Below, one piece after another: positions 52,236 through 64,000 of a stretch of DNA of 64,000 bases (positions within the stretch are counted from its first letter, which is position 1; each line of letters starts with the position of its first letter). The DNA lies in NCBI GenBank assembly GCA_951406725.2, contig OX597818.1, forward strand, positions 69,812,001-69,876,000, in the 5' to 3' direction. A program made the translations under genes and the position numbers. This DNA is from Octopus vulgaris (lineage: Eukaryota). The notes below the pieces were generated by a model that saw only the letters and a program-made list of their open reading frames with translations, ran no database searches and had not been told where the DNA came from.

Positions 52236-52407
52236 ATGGGGGTTGATAAACTAAAGTACTAGTTAAGTTTTGAACACAGATATATATGGGGACCCTGACT
52301 GAGAGAGTTCTCCAAGCAATATGTAGAGATCTTCTTTATTGGGTCACATTTTCTGTGTAGTTTTGATTTTGCATTCTGGCAAGAACACTTAGTTCTCCAT
52401 TGTCTTC

Positions 52408-52439
<32 letters not shown>

Positions 52440-54189
52440 CACCTGTATGGGAGAGGAAAGTGATTAGAAAGGATACCCATAAAATTTCCTGTAGAAGACA
52501 ATGTTTGTGTTTTATTTGGTTCCCCACAGACTGGAATTGGTTTGCAAATTTATTAATTTTTATAATCAACAGAACCATTAGAAATAGATATTATGGAATA
52601 ATTACATTGGTGGTGGTGGTGGTGGTGGTGGTGTGGGGGGTAACCTTGATGTGTAGAACGTGCAATAAATCCCAATCTATTACCTTACAATAAATTTCTG
52701 TCCTTCTGAAATTGCTTGCACCAACACCCACCCCCACCATCCCTATCATCATCATCATCATCCTCCTCATCATCATCACCATCATCATCATCACCACCAC
52801 CATCATCATCATTATCATCATCACCATCATTATTTTACGTTCCTTCTGAAATTTCTTATTTTTAATTTCTAATCTTAAAAAAACCCGAAAATGATGACCC
52901 CCTCGACATCTCCACTGACTTCATTATAGATGTGAATGTAGTTAGCTTATGTTTCTCCACTTAACATGTACAATATGATGAAATCAATCCTGGAAGGAGT
53001 CTATTTTCATTTTGCTGGCGCTTTTAACCTATCCACCTTCACATCTAACTGACAATCCAACTTTACATTTTGTCTTTCCTAAAACTTACCTGATCAATAC
53101 TATTCCTTCACATCTCATCTATTATAAACTGTATTCTCAATACTATTTATTTAGAGTTATCGTATTAACCCTACTCCTCAGACATTCTTCTAATTTATGT
53201 CATTTTTAAATGCCTCATCATCATCGTCATCATCATCATCATCGTTGTTGTCATCGTCGTCATCATCATTTAACATCCGTTTTTGATGCTGGTAAGGCCA
53301 AGAACTGCACTAGGCTCAAATATCTATTTCAGCATGGTTCCTAATACCAACTATTCTTCAGAGTGTAGTGGTTGCTTTTTACCTGGCACCACTACCCATA
53401 GGGTTACCGAACAACTTGCAAGTTAAAACTCCTTGGTTGGTAGGGGTTAAGTAGTATGAAGGTGGGGGGAGGGGCGGCTTTTTACTTTTTGAGTGATTAA
53501 AGGTAAAAAAGGACAACGATAGGTGTTTTGCTATGGAGTAAATAGATGGAGATCCCAGTTGGAAGGGAAAAGAGGGTGAATTCGTAAGATAGAGAGGGTG
53601 AGTGGGCTTTTCTCTACTCAAATCTCAAATTTCATGCAATATTCTAATAATAATGGTTTCTGTTTTAGGTTCAAATCCAACAACTTTGATCAGGAATTTT
53701 AGTCAATATCATCAATACTAATATTTGACGGTACTTTATTTTTTATCACTCCTTCATGGACAAAAGGCAAATTTGCCATTTCCAGGATTTGAACTCAAAA
53801 CATAAATAACAGGAAAAAACTTTTTCATTGCATTTTCTGAGACAATTCTTTCAACCCATCGTCCTTATTGTTTCTAATTTAGGCACAAGCTAATTAGACT
53901 GATTTTATCAACTCCCAAGGAATGAAAGGCAAAAGGGAGATCAATAGTTTCAAACTGGGAATGTAAAAGAGTTGGAGCAAATATAAATTATATCGTCCAA
54001 CACACTAAGGATTCTGCCATCTCATCATCCCCCATCTTTATAACGATAATTCTTGTTGCCCTTTTCTCAAAATATCTGCTCATTTTCTTTCAATGATTGA
54101 CAGGGGGTAAGTGGATTGGTTCCCCCTGACACAAGCAGTTTCTTCTTAATTTGTAAATTTGCTACTTTTGATATTTATGGATCCTTAGG

Positions 54190-54470
54190 TTGCGCTTGAG
54201 AAGACGACCCATCATGCTGAGTCAAATCACAGTCATGGCTAATACTGGTGTTACATAAATGGCACCTGTGCCAGTGGCATGTAAAAGCACCCAATACACT
54301 CTTGGAGTGGTTGATGTTAGAAAGGGCATCCAGGTGTAGAAAACCATGCCAAATCAGACTGGGGTCTGGTGCAGCCTTCCAGCTTGCCAGCCCCAGTCAA
54401 ACCGTCCAACCCATGCCAGCATGGACAACGGACGTTAAATGATGATGATGATGATTGATGATAATGATGA
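54190..54470 (+). mobile_element. RTE 3' UTR / RTE-mobilised SINE with (GAT)n tail
   Basis: Collinear with 9520-9785. Confidence 0.85.
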
Positions 54471-56992
54471 TTGCTGTCAACAGGAACAATGTGGATGAGG
54501 CAAAAATTCCAGTTGATTAAGGTCCTTGGGTGGGGTTATTGAGAAAAAGGATTAGAGCAGGATCTGTGAAATAAGAGATATCAGGGTTGATGGAAAGAGA
54601 AGAGACAGATGTGTCTGGTGAATCTCTGTTAACAACAGGTATGAATTTATTTAATTCACATAATCAGAGCTCCTGAGGGTAACAAGAGAAATATGACAAG
54701 CCCTAATGGCTGTAATGTTCTGATGAGTCAGTCTCTGCTCATTCTCAGGATGTCATTCTTTTGGAAGTTGTCAAGGATACTTGTGTGAGTAGTAGAAACC
54801 ATTTCCCAAATATCTGAAACAGGATTCCAGAGTGAATCTTAATTTATATTTGAAGAGAGCAATTAAGAAAGGTTAAAGTATTTTCTGACCTTAAAGACAA
54901 AACAAAGCAATGGAAGATTATCTAAGATTATAATTGTAGAGACATTGAGAGCTTTAATTAAAGCATTAATTAAGGGCATTAAATGTGCGTTGTTTCTATG
55001 TAGAATAATTGTGCTGCTTCTTAAATGTGTAATGATTGTGTTTTTGTGTAGTTGAAGAAAACTATGCTGTTGTATTCTCCTACATTCAAGGATGTTATCA
55101 AGTATTTTGTTGAGGGTAGCAATACAGATCTGATGTGACATGTTTTGTGTAAATAACATTTATTGCTGAGACCATTCAGGTACAAGCTGTGCTTATTTTT
55201 CACAGCAGAAAATGGAATTAAAATTGGCAGCAAGAAGACAGAATATGGTAAATGTAATTATACCTCAAGTTACATTAAGGTTGACTCAAGCTGTACAAAA
55301 CCCCATTTATATATATTGCGATGGAACAGTATGACAAGAATCTTCTCCTAATGTAATTTAACTGAGAGGCCTTTATGTCAGGTATGACCAAAAGACAACT
55401 GCTAGTTCATGGAGAATGACAAACACATGTAGTTTTTGGCCCTATGGCAAACATGTTGTTTGTCATTGATAAGTAACCGAAAGAGGATATACCAAAGAGG
55501 TAATTGCTTAAGACAGTCGAGGACATTATTGGGATTTCAGAAATTAGGTAGTTGGTCAATTGTGGCCAGAAGCAGGGATTCTGTTGCTTTTGGTGGGATG
55601 GAACACAGTAATGTCACATTCTATAGAAGAGATCCCAGTAGAAAAAGGAAAACAATTGAGTTTGGGAAGACAAACATTAAATTTTGAATAAATTGTCTGA
55701 GAGAAATGAAGAATTCACATTGGGACCAATATCACTGTTGGTTTGAGAGTCAGAGAGAAAATGTCAGTATCATTGTTGTTTAAATGCACGTCTGCTCTCA
55801 TCTCCTAGATTTCATATCAAAGGCATTCCAGTTGTGGCCATTCCATCATTTTGTATATCAATGTCTTTCTGTCTTGAAGACAAAAGGATGCGATGTGGGT
55901 GAGTGGCAGCTTCAATGTAGAGGTGAGACAGATGGAACTGAGAAGAGTAGTTTAGTGTGTATGCATGTGTGTGTATGTGTGGGTGCTTGCATGTACAAGT
56001 GTGTGTGTGTCTTTGTATGTTTGGCCCACCATCACCACTGCTTGACATCCAGTGTTGATGTATTAATCTCCCCGTAACTTAGTGGTTCAGCAAAGGAGAC
56101 CAATAGAATAAGTACCAAATTTTTGGAAAAGAAGTAGTGGTGTTGATTCGTTTGACTAAACTTCTTCAAGGTGTTGCCCGAGCATGACCACAGTCTGATG
56201 AGTGAAACAAGTAAAAGATAAAAAATAAGAGATAATTAGAAATGAAACTTTCTCTCATAATTTTTTGTAACATGGATCCATTTTGTCAATTTGTTCTCCA
56301 AACACCAACTCAACAAGGAAGAAAATCACATCCACAGACAACATGGACAAACACATTAAACTTAGAAGCAAACAAGCAAATGAAAAAATTCACATTATTC
56401 AGCTTCAAATTCTTCATTATTACTAATATTAATTAAAATATATCATCAACACATTTAATTATACTTTGTTACTCTTCTGCTGCTCTTTACCCCCTGCCTC
56501 CACCATGCATCATTGGCTAACCCCTGCCCCTCATCCATTCCCTACCTCTTGAAACCCCTACCCACCTCCACTAACAAGTCTTCCGTCCTTGTTCTCTGAT
56601 GCCAGACTCTCCATCATGACATCTCATCACCAAATTTCTACTTCTTTTCCATTTCACCTTCCAGTCAACTCCCCACCCTCTCTTCTAAAATGGGAGTAGT
56701 CATGTGGCCCCACTACAACAAGAAGTCTGTTCTTCTCTGGATCCTTCTCTCATCTGTTAACCCCTTATCTCCAAACACAAAGCTGCATAGGGACCTCACT
56801 AGCAAGGTGCTACCAGAATAACAGACGACCCATGTTGTAAAGTGGTTGGCATTAGTAAGGTCATCCAGCTGAGGAAACCATGCCAAAACAGAAACGGGAG
56901 CATGATGCAGTTCTTGGAACCGTGGAACCCCATCTAACCATTCAACTCATACTAGCATAGAATATGGCATCAAATGGTGCTGCTGCCAATGA

Positions 56993-57026
<34 letters not shown>

Positions 57027-57534
57027 GGTGGTGGTGGTGGTGGTGATGATGACGATGACAACGATGTTGATGATGGTGATAGGAATTAGAGAATTACAAA
57101 AAGTAGAGGAATACTGCAAATTCTGTGGATAATGTCTCAAGAAATAAAGAGCAGATAAACGAATGTATAAAAACATTTTATTTGTTTATTTATATCAGTC
57201 CTAGAATCCTTTAATTTTGATAAAAAATCTCTGTTTCACCACACTCATTAAGACATTTTATATGCATACATCTGTGTGTGTTCGTGTGTATGTGTGTTTG
57301 TGTGTGTGTGTGTGTGTCCCAGTGTCTCCATGTCCGTGTGTTCGTGCATTCTGATAATAATAAAGCTTCTCAAAGGGAATGGTGAAAATCCAAAGGGTTA
57401 CTTTGGTGCAATGGTAGAACATCTACCATCTTCACAAATGATGTAGATGCAAGTTCCTCAGGCAGCCCTTAATCATTTTCCATCCAAGAGGTTCTTAACC
57501 CAACATTCTACACATTATTCTTTATATGGTCAGA

Positions 57535-57740
57535 AGCAGTGAGTTGGCAGAACCATTAGCATGCTGGGCAAAAGACTCAGCAGCATTTTCTTCATCCTTA
57601 CGTTCTGAGTTCAAATTCCACCGAGGTCAACTTTGCCTTTCAGAATCAATAAAAAAATGTACCACTCAAGGGTGAGGTCGATGCAATCAACTAACAATCT
57701 CCCCCTACAATTTCAGACTTGGGTCAAGAGTAGAAAGAAG
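57535..57740 (+). mobile_element. tRNA-derived SINE
   Basis: Head gagttggcagaacc.ttagc and B box gagttcaaattcc. Confidence 0.75.
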
Positions 57741-58212
57741 TATTTATAGTAATATCTACTTCAATATCCACCATTTAAAACGATTTCTTACACATACACA
57801 CACACACGTTTGATGCCTGACAATAGTTTGGGATGACATGAAATTATATTTTAATGAATAATTTACACTTGGATTAAATACTGGTCGTGTTTGTTGAATT
57901 AACGCCAAAACAATCAATGAAAAAGATACAACAAAGATAACAAAAACAATTCAATGTGTTTGCTTTTGTTTTCAGCTGTTGTCAATTTAGTCTTCATTTA
58001 CCAATTCCATCTGAAAAAAGTATTTCTTCTGTATTTACCAAACTAGATACATAATATGGCATTTATATGTGTGTGTATACACACACACACACACACGTAT
58101 CTATGTATATTTATGAATGCATATGCATATGCTGATATATGTAATATATGTGTATATACATGCATATATATACATATATAGAGATATAGAGATATTTATG
58201 TATGTACGTGTA

Positions 58213-58223
58213 TGATAGATAGA

Positions 58224-58268
<45 letters not shown>

Positions 58269-58280
58269 GGACGGACGGAC

Positions 58281-58311
<31 letters not shown>

Positions 58312-58347
58312 TAGACGGACAGATAGATAGACAGACAGACAGACAGG

Positions 58348-58414
<67 letters not shown>

Positions 58415-58481
58415 GAGAAGAGGGGGGAGGGAGGCAGAGATGGATGGATGGATGGACAGACAGACACACAGGCATACAGAC

Positions 58482-58535
<54 letters not shown>

Positions 58536-58617
58536 TGGGATGAGTGAATAGATAGATAGAGAGAGAGAGGAGAGGAGATAGAGGAGAGAGATAAGTAGAT
58601 AGATAGATAGATAGATC

Positions 58618-58651
<34 letters not shown>

Positions 58652-58690
58652 GAGGGGGAGGAAGGGAGAGATGGTGGGATGAGTGAATAG

Positions 58691-58722
<32 letters not shown>

Positions 58723-58772
58723 GAGAGGAGATAGGAGAGAGAGATAAGTAGATAGATAGAGAGAGAGAGAGA
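58213..58772. repeat. (GATA)n/(GACA)n/(GA)n satellite containing an internal duplication with about 140-bp period
   Basis: gatggtgggatgagtgaatagatag...gaggagaggagat...gataagtagatag occurs at about 58531 and 58670. Confidence 0.9.
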
Positions 58773-59010
58773 CAACCATTATTTTTTTCAGTCTTCCATC
58801 TTTCTTTCTGTAGGTGAGAATGTTTATAGTTGGAACAATTGTTTTACAGCTGAGCGCTCTTTCTTCTACTAACCATTCAACCGCGAATTAGGAATGAACA
58901 CTGATTTTTAGTTAAGTCAGGCAAACTGGAGCAAGTGAAGATAGGTGACTGTTGAGGGGGAACAAAACCAATGTGCATGTGGGGTTATGAGAATTACATA
59001 TATATACATA

Positions 59011-59047
<37 letters not shown>

Positions 59048-59189
59048 CTATATATATATATACACACACACACATATATAAACATGTGCTTAGGCATATA
59101 CCCACAAATATATATTTATATATACGTATATACATGCATACAAATATACATGTTTACACATGCATACACAAACACAAACACTCAAACAC

Positions 59190-59227
<38 letters not shown>

Positions 59228-59567
59228 CAAACCAGGCAATTGGAAATTCTTTTGGCAACATTTATCACCATTTTACCATTTCTAATAGGAAATTCCTAAA
59301 ATGTCAATCCAACATGTAAAACTCTGTAATTCCTACTGGCAAATGGAACATGTGTAATGGTGAATAAATAATCCCAAATGAGAAAGATCCCAATTGCCAA
59401 TTCTTTTATTCAGATGCACTACGAATATTATTTTCACAATTCTCAACTGCAATGTGTATTCTGACAGCAGCAACTGAGACTACATATTGAATTGTAAGAA
59501 TAAGTAGATGTGCATCAAGGGGAAACAGTTGGGATTTACCCTGGATACTTACACTATGTGTGTGTGT

Positions 59568-59606
<39 letters not shown>

Positions 59607-59824
59607 TGCACATGCACACATACACACACATAAGCACATGGACACAAACACGCACACACTCACAAACATGTATCGTCATCATTATCATAATTATCATGGT
59701 TGATATTATGTCCAATGTTTTTACCATGATGGCATGAGGTGAACAAGACTTACTGAGCCAGTGGTCTACACCCAAACACCATTAATATCATTAATATTTA
59801 TTTATTTTCTAAGTACAGCTCAGG

Positions 59825-59855
<31 letters not shown>

Positions 59856-59918
59856 CTTCTTCTTCTTCTTCTTTTTCTTCTTCTTCTTCTTCTTCTTCTT
59901 CTTATCATTATTATTATT

Positions 59919-59987
<69 letters not shown>

Positions 59988-60177
59988 GCGGGTGGCACGT
60001 AAAAAGCACCCACTACACTCACGGAGTGGTTGGCGTTAGGAAGGGCATCCAGCCGTAGAAACACTGCCAGATCAGACTGGGCCTGATGCAGCCTTCTGGC
60101 TTCACAGACCCCAGTTGAACCGTCCAACCCATGCAAGCATGGAAAGCGGACGCTAAATGATGATGATGATGATGATG

Positions 60178-60225
<48 letters not shown>

Positions 60226-60245
60226 GTTATTATTATCATTATTAC
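59988..60245 (+). mobile_element. Young RTE 3' tail between (TAT)n tracts
   Basis: ggcacgtaaaaagcacccactacactc...ggaaagcggacgctaaatgatgatg with CpGs intact. Confidence 0.85.
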
Positions 60246-60479
60246 TATCACTTTCATTAGCATCTTCTTCCAGTTCTGTTTCCATTCCTCGCCAAGTGTC
60301 TTCCTGACACCTAGGGCAGAGAAGCATACTCGTAGGCCATTAAAACAAACACACCACATTGTTCAGTTACAGAGTCAGGTGATAGAGAAAAGGGAAAGAC
60401 AGAGACAAAAATGAAAAATAAAAAATAGAAAAGTAAACAAATAAAATAAAGGATGGGGAGAAAAAGAAAACTCACAGGG

Positions 60480-62630
60480 ACAATGCTCTTCTCAATGTGT
60501 GTAACCAGTTAAGACAATCTTTTGCACTTCCTGCATGGATGGTAAGCCAAGGATTATCCTCAAATAATTTTCAATTCCTTTTTTAATCATTCCAAGTGTT
60601 CCTACAATCACTGGTATTGTAACCACCTTGAGATGCCATATCTTTTCTATTTTGATTAGCAGATCTTTATATTTTCTGAGCTTATCAAATTCTTTTGCCA
60701 AGATATTATGGTCACAGGATATGCTCAAGTCAATCATAAACAATCTTTATTGCTTTTGGTCATCCACACCAATATCTGGTTTCTTTGCCTTCATGGTCTG
60801 GTTTGTACATACTGCGAAATCCCAAAGAATCATTACATTTTCTCCCTCAGTTACAGCCTCAGGGTGGTGCTTGTACTATTTATCTGCAGTTTTGATTTTA
60901 TAATGCTGATACATTATCCAATGTAGATATTGACCAACTCTGTCATGTCTTGATTTGTACTCTACAGGTGCTAAAACCTTACATCCAGAGATTAGGTGGT
61001 CTACTGTTTCTATCCCATTGTTGCAGTATTGGCACTTTGGGTCTACACCATTTTTCATCAGATTGGCTTGATAGTTCTGGGTCAATATGCTCTGATCTTG
61101 GACAGCCAAGATAAAGCCTTCACACTCTACCTTTAGCCCTGAGCTCCGTAGTCACTGATGGATGTGCTTCTGGCCTACATCACCTTGTTTGCTATGGGCC
61201 ACATATTTGTGATGCAGAGGTTTTTGTTCCCACCTATCAGTCAATTATTCAAAGACATTTTGCTTTGCTTTGATTTCACCTTCTTTGCAACTACAATTGT
61301 TGCACTTCCATCATGCTGCTATTCACCCTGGGTATTATGCATAAACTCACTTGAAAATATTTTGCTCTCCTTCATAACAGAATGAAGCTTCTTATGTCCT
61401 TCATGGTTTTCAACAAGCCTTAGCATCCAGTTGTTAGATGTTTCAAGATATTTTACCAGCCCAGATTGTGGTGGTTCTGAAGGAGATTTCAAATTGGATC
61501 AAGCCTCGACCTCCTTCAGCTCTGGGTAGCTAAAGACGATCTGCGTCTGCCTTTGCATGGTGCATCTCATTGCAAGTCAGCAGCTCATGGATTTCCCTGT
61601 CAACCTTCCCTATTTTGCTCATATTCCAGTTCAACACATTCAAACTGTATACAACAGCCAGAAATGATAAGGAATTCATATCTAATTCCTTGTTACATGC
61701 AGTTAACTCAGATTTTAGGACTGCTCGAACTCTCCTGTCACACTCCTTCCTGATCTCTTTCATACTTCCATGTTGAATGCCAGAGCCCTCATTTATTCTG
61801 AGGTATTCGTAAGTTTGTTCCTGCTCGAGTTCTTTTATGATTGTGTCAGCTTCCAACACCACTGTATGTGAGGTCTTCAGTTTCCCTTTCTGGAAAGTGG
61901 CCTTGGCACATTTATCAAGGCCTAATTCCATCCCAGTGTCATCACTGAATGCTTTCATGGTATGTAGTAGTCTTTCAAGCTCATTATCATCTTTGCCATG
62001 GAGTTTTAAGTCATCCATAGAAAACAGATGACTTATTTTCTTGCTGCTAATTTCATATCCATACCCTGTGCTACTGTTAAGTTCACTTGTAAGGAGTATT
62101 AGAGTTATGCAGAAAATTAAAGGTGAAAGTGAGTCACCTTGGAAAATGATGCAGTTGACATGAATATTTTTTGTGGTCACTACTTCATTAGAGCGATATA
62201 ATTGGAGATTCGTATTCCACACTAGCATGTTGTGCTTCAGGAAGTTTGAAATCATGAGAGAAATTTTGAAGATATCCAGCAATTTCAAGATCCGTGAATG
62301 TGGTATTCTGTCGAAGGCCTTTTTTTATAATCAATCCATGCAGAACAGAGATTTCTGCATTTGTTATGACAGTTCTCAAGGATCATGCAATTGATTAAGA
62401 GTTGGTTTTTGCAGCCATATGAGCCTCGTCAGCGCCCTTTTTGTTCAGCAGGGAAAATATTGTTCTGTTCCATAAATTTATGTTTTCTCCATGAGGATAG
62501 ATGTTAAAATTTTATGTGTTAGGTAGACATGTTATGGGCCGATAGTTTTGGGGAAATTTGGCTTTAATATTCTTCAGGAGTAGGTAAGTAATACCTCTTA
62601 CTAACCAATCAGGTGTTTCCATAGGATCTC
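60480..62630 (-). mobile_element. R4/Dong-like LINE (another family): RT, CCHC finger and REL endonuclease, degraded
   Basis: IFQGDSLSPLIFC, SHLFSMDDLKL, LGLDKCAK, YEYL, HHAKADADRL, CQYCNNGIETVDHLISGC, RHDRVGQYLHW, MIDLSI..KLRKYKDL. Confidence 0.93.
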
Positions 62631-62739
62631 TTCAGGAAACACGTTACATTCCTTGCAATTCCAAACAGATCTAAGTACTTGATGATCCACGAAAGTGGAA
62701 TCATATTATAAGCTTTGCAATAGTCAATCCAGGTTATTC

Positions 62740-63058
62740 CCAGATTTGTTCTCCTTCAGTTACAATCCTGCATTACCATTTTGTCTATCAACAGCTGATC
62801 TTTGGTACCTCTGCATCCCTTTCTACAGCCTCTCTGTTCTGGCGGTAATATATCATTTTCATCAAGAAATTATATAGTTCTTTAGAAATTCCTCCTGACA
62901 GTAACTTCCACATTAATGGGAGGCAGGAAATTGGTCTGTAATTGTCAGCAGCATTTCCTTTTGATGCATCCTTCAGGCACAACACCATTTGTCCTTTTGT
63001 CAACCAGCCCAGGATTTCATCTTTTCCATTGATCAATGCTTTAAATTGTTCTGTGATG
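62740..63058 (-). mobile_element. R4/Dong-like RT N-terminal fragment
   Basis: [43 protein letters not shown]. Confidence 0.85.
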
Positions 63059-63229
63059 AAATTATCATTGTTATTATTATCAAAGTGGCAAGCAGGCTGA
63101 ATTGTTAACATGCCAGGCAAAATACTTAGTAGGATTTCATCCTTCTTAATGTTCTGAGTTCAAATTCCACTGAGGCCAACTTTGGAAAAGAAAATTTCCT
63201 AACATTAGGTTACAGCAACTAACCTTAGA

Positions 63230-63900
63230 TGCCAAGAACCCTCCTAAGCTTCTTAGCTGTCCCCTAATAACACTGTTTTCTGCAGCTGTACTTAACTGGC
63301 TTTTATGCCTGTTTCCACTATCCACCTGTTCAGATCTTTAGGGATAGTTCCTAATACACCTATAACTACTGGGATACATTTTACCTGCACCTTCCATAGT
63401 CTCTGTAATTCAGTGGCTAAATCCTGGTACTTTGCTCGTTTTTCTATACCTCTCATATTGATTTCCTCATCATCTGGGATTGTAAAGTCAATTATCAGGC
63501 ATTTTCTATTTTCTTTATCTACTAGTACTAAATCAGTCTGAATGTTAAAGTCCCACACCACTTTATATTTCTTACTTTCTAGTACTTTACTAGGTTCATG
63601 TTCATACCATTTATCAGTATATTCATATCCTAGCTTTCTACAGAGCTTCCACTGAATTACTTTTCCTAGATTGTCATGTCTTTTCTTGTATTCTTTCTGT
63701 GTCAGCATGCTAAATTCACTTACTATATGAGTTACATTTTTCTCTTTTGATTTGCATAATCAACAATGGGAATCTACTTGGTTTTTCTCTATCTTGGACT
63801 TTATTCAATTAGTCCTTAATGCTTGATCTTGTGCTGCTACTAAAACTTTCCATCTCCTTTGTCAACTTTTATTTCCACAGCCATAACCATGTCTCACTAT
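63230..63900 (-). mobile_element. R4/Dong-like REL endonuclease fragment
   Basis: QKEYKKRHDNLGKVIQWKLC, KWYEHEP, VWDFNIQTD, CLIIDFTIP, KYQDLATELQRLW, IPVVIGVLG. Confidence 0.9.
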
Positions 63901-64000
63901 TACTATTTGCTACAACTGTCTTTGGGAATCTACAATGCAACACCTTCTGTCAGTCAGATAATCCCTCTTCTATTTTCTGGTTTTTAACTTCGTTTGGATT

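Noticed and set aside
54700-55700. Possible very old L1/Tx1 RT remnant
   Set aside because: Only vague motif echoes; not supportable without an alignment.
56154-56173. CTGATGA-gt-GAAAC-aa-GTA hammerhead-like string
   Set aside because: No stem II or stem I; it is the 3' end of a SINE.

Overview
AT-rich, microsatellite-dense eukaryotic DNA, most likely an intronic or intergenic stretch of an octopus (cephalopod) genome. The taxon is inferred from the molluscan-type arginine kinase fragment and the repeat landscape. I found no intact host protein-coding gene, and most ORFs in the track are translated microsatellites. The window is a layered set of decayed mobile elements: RTE LINEs of at least three kinds, several R4/Dong-like restriction-endonuclease LINEs, a Tx1/L1-clade LINE, CR1-like fragments, Tc1/mariner and hAT transposase remnants, piggyBac-type and Helentron-type non-autonomous elements, Penelope-like repeats and many tRNA-derived SINEs. 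The most notable observations are five. (1) A 43-nt type I hammerhead ribozyme with a complete catalytic core at 10651-10693 (-), plus a degenerate second one. (2) An intronless, 3'-truncated arginine kinase fragment sitting antisense at the junction of two R4-like LINE halves. (3) A C4HC3 PHD finger inserted inside the RT domain of the dominant RTE family. (4) An RTE copy with a twin-priming-type 5' inversion, bracketed by 37-bp inverted repeats instead of a target-site duplication. (5) A fold-back mariner derivative. All family assignments come from motif recognition by eye with no database search, and boundaries of decayed elements are approximate.
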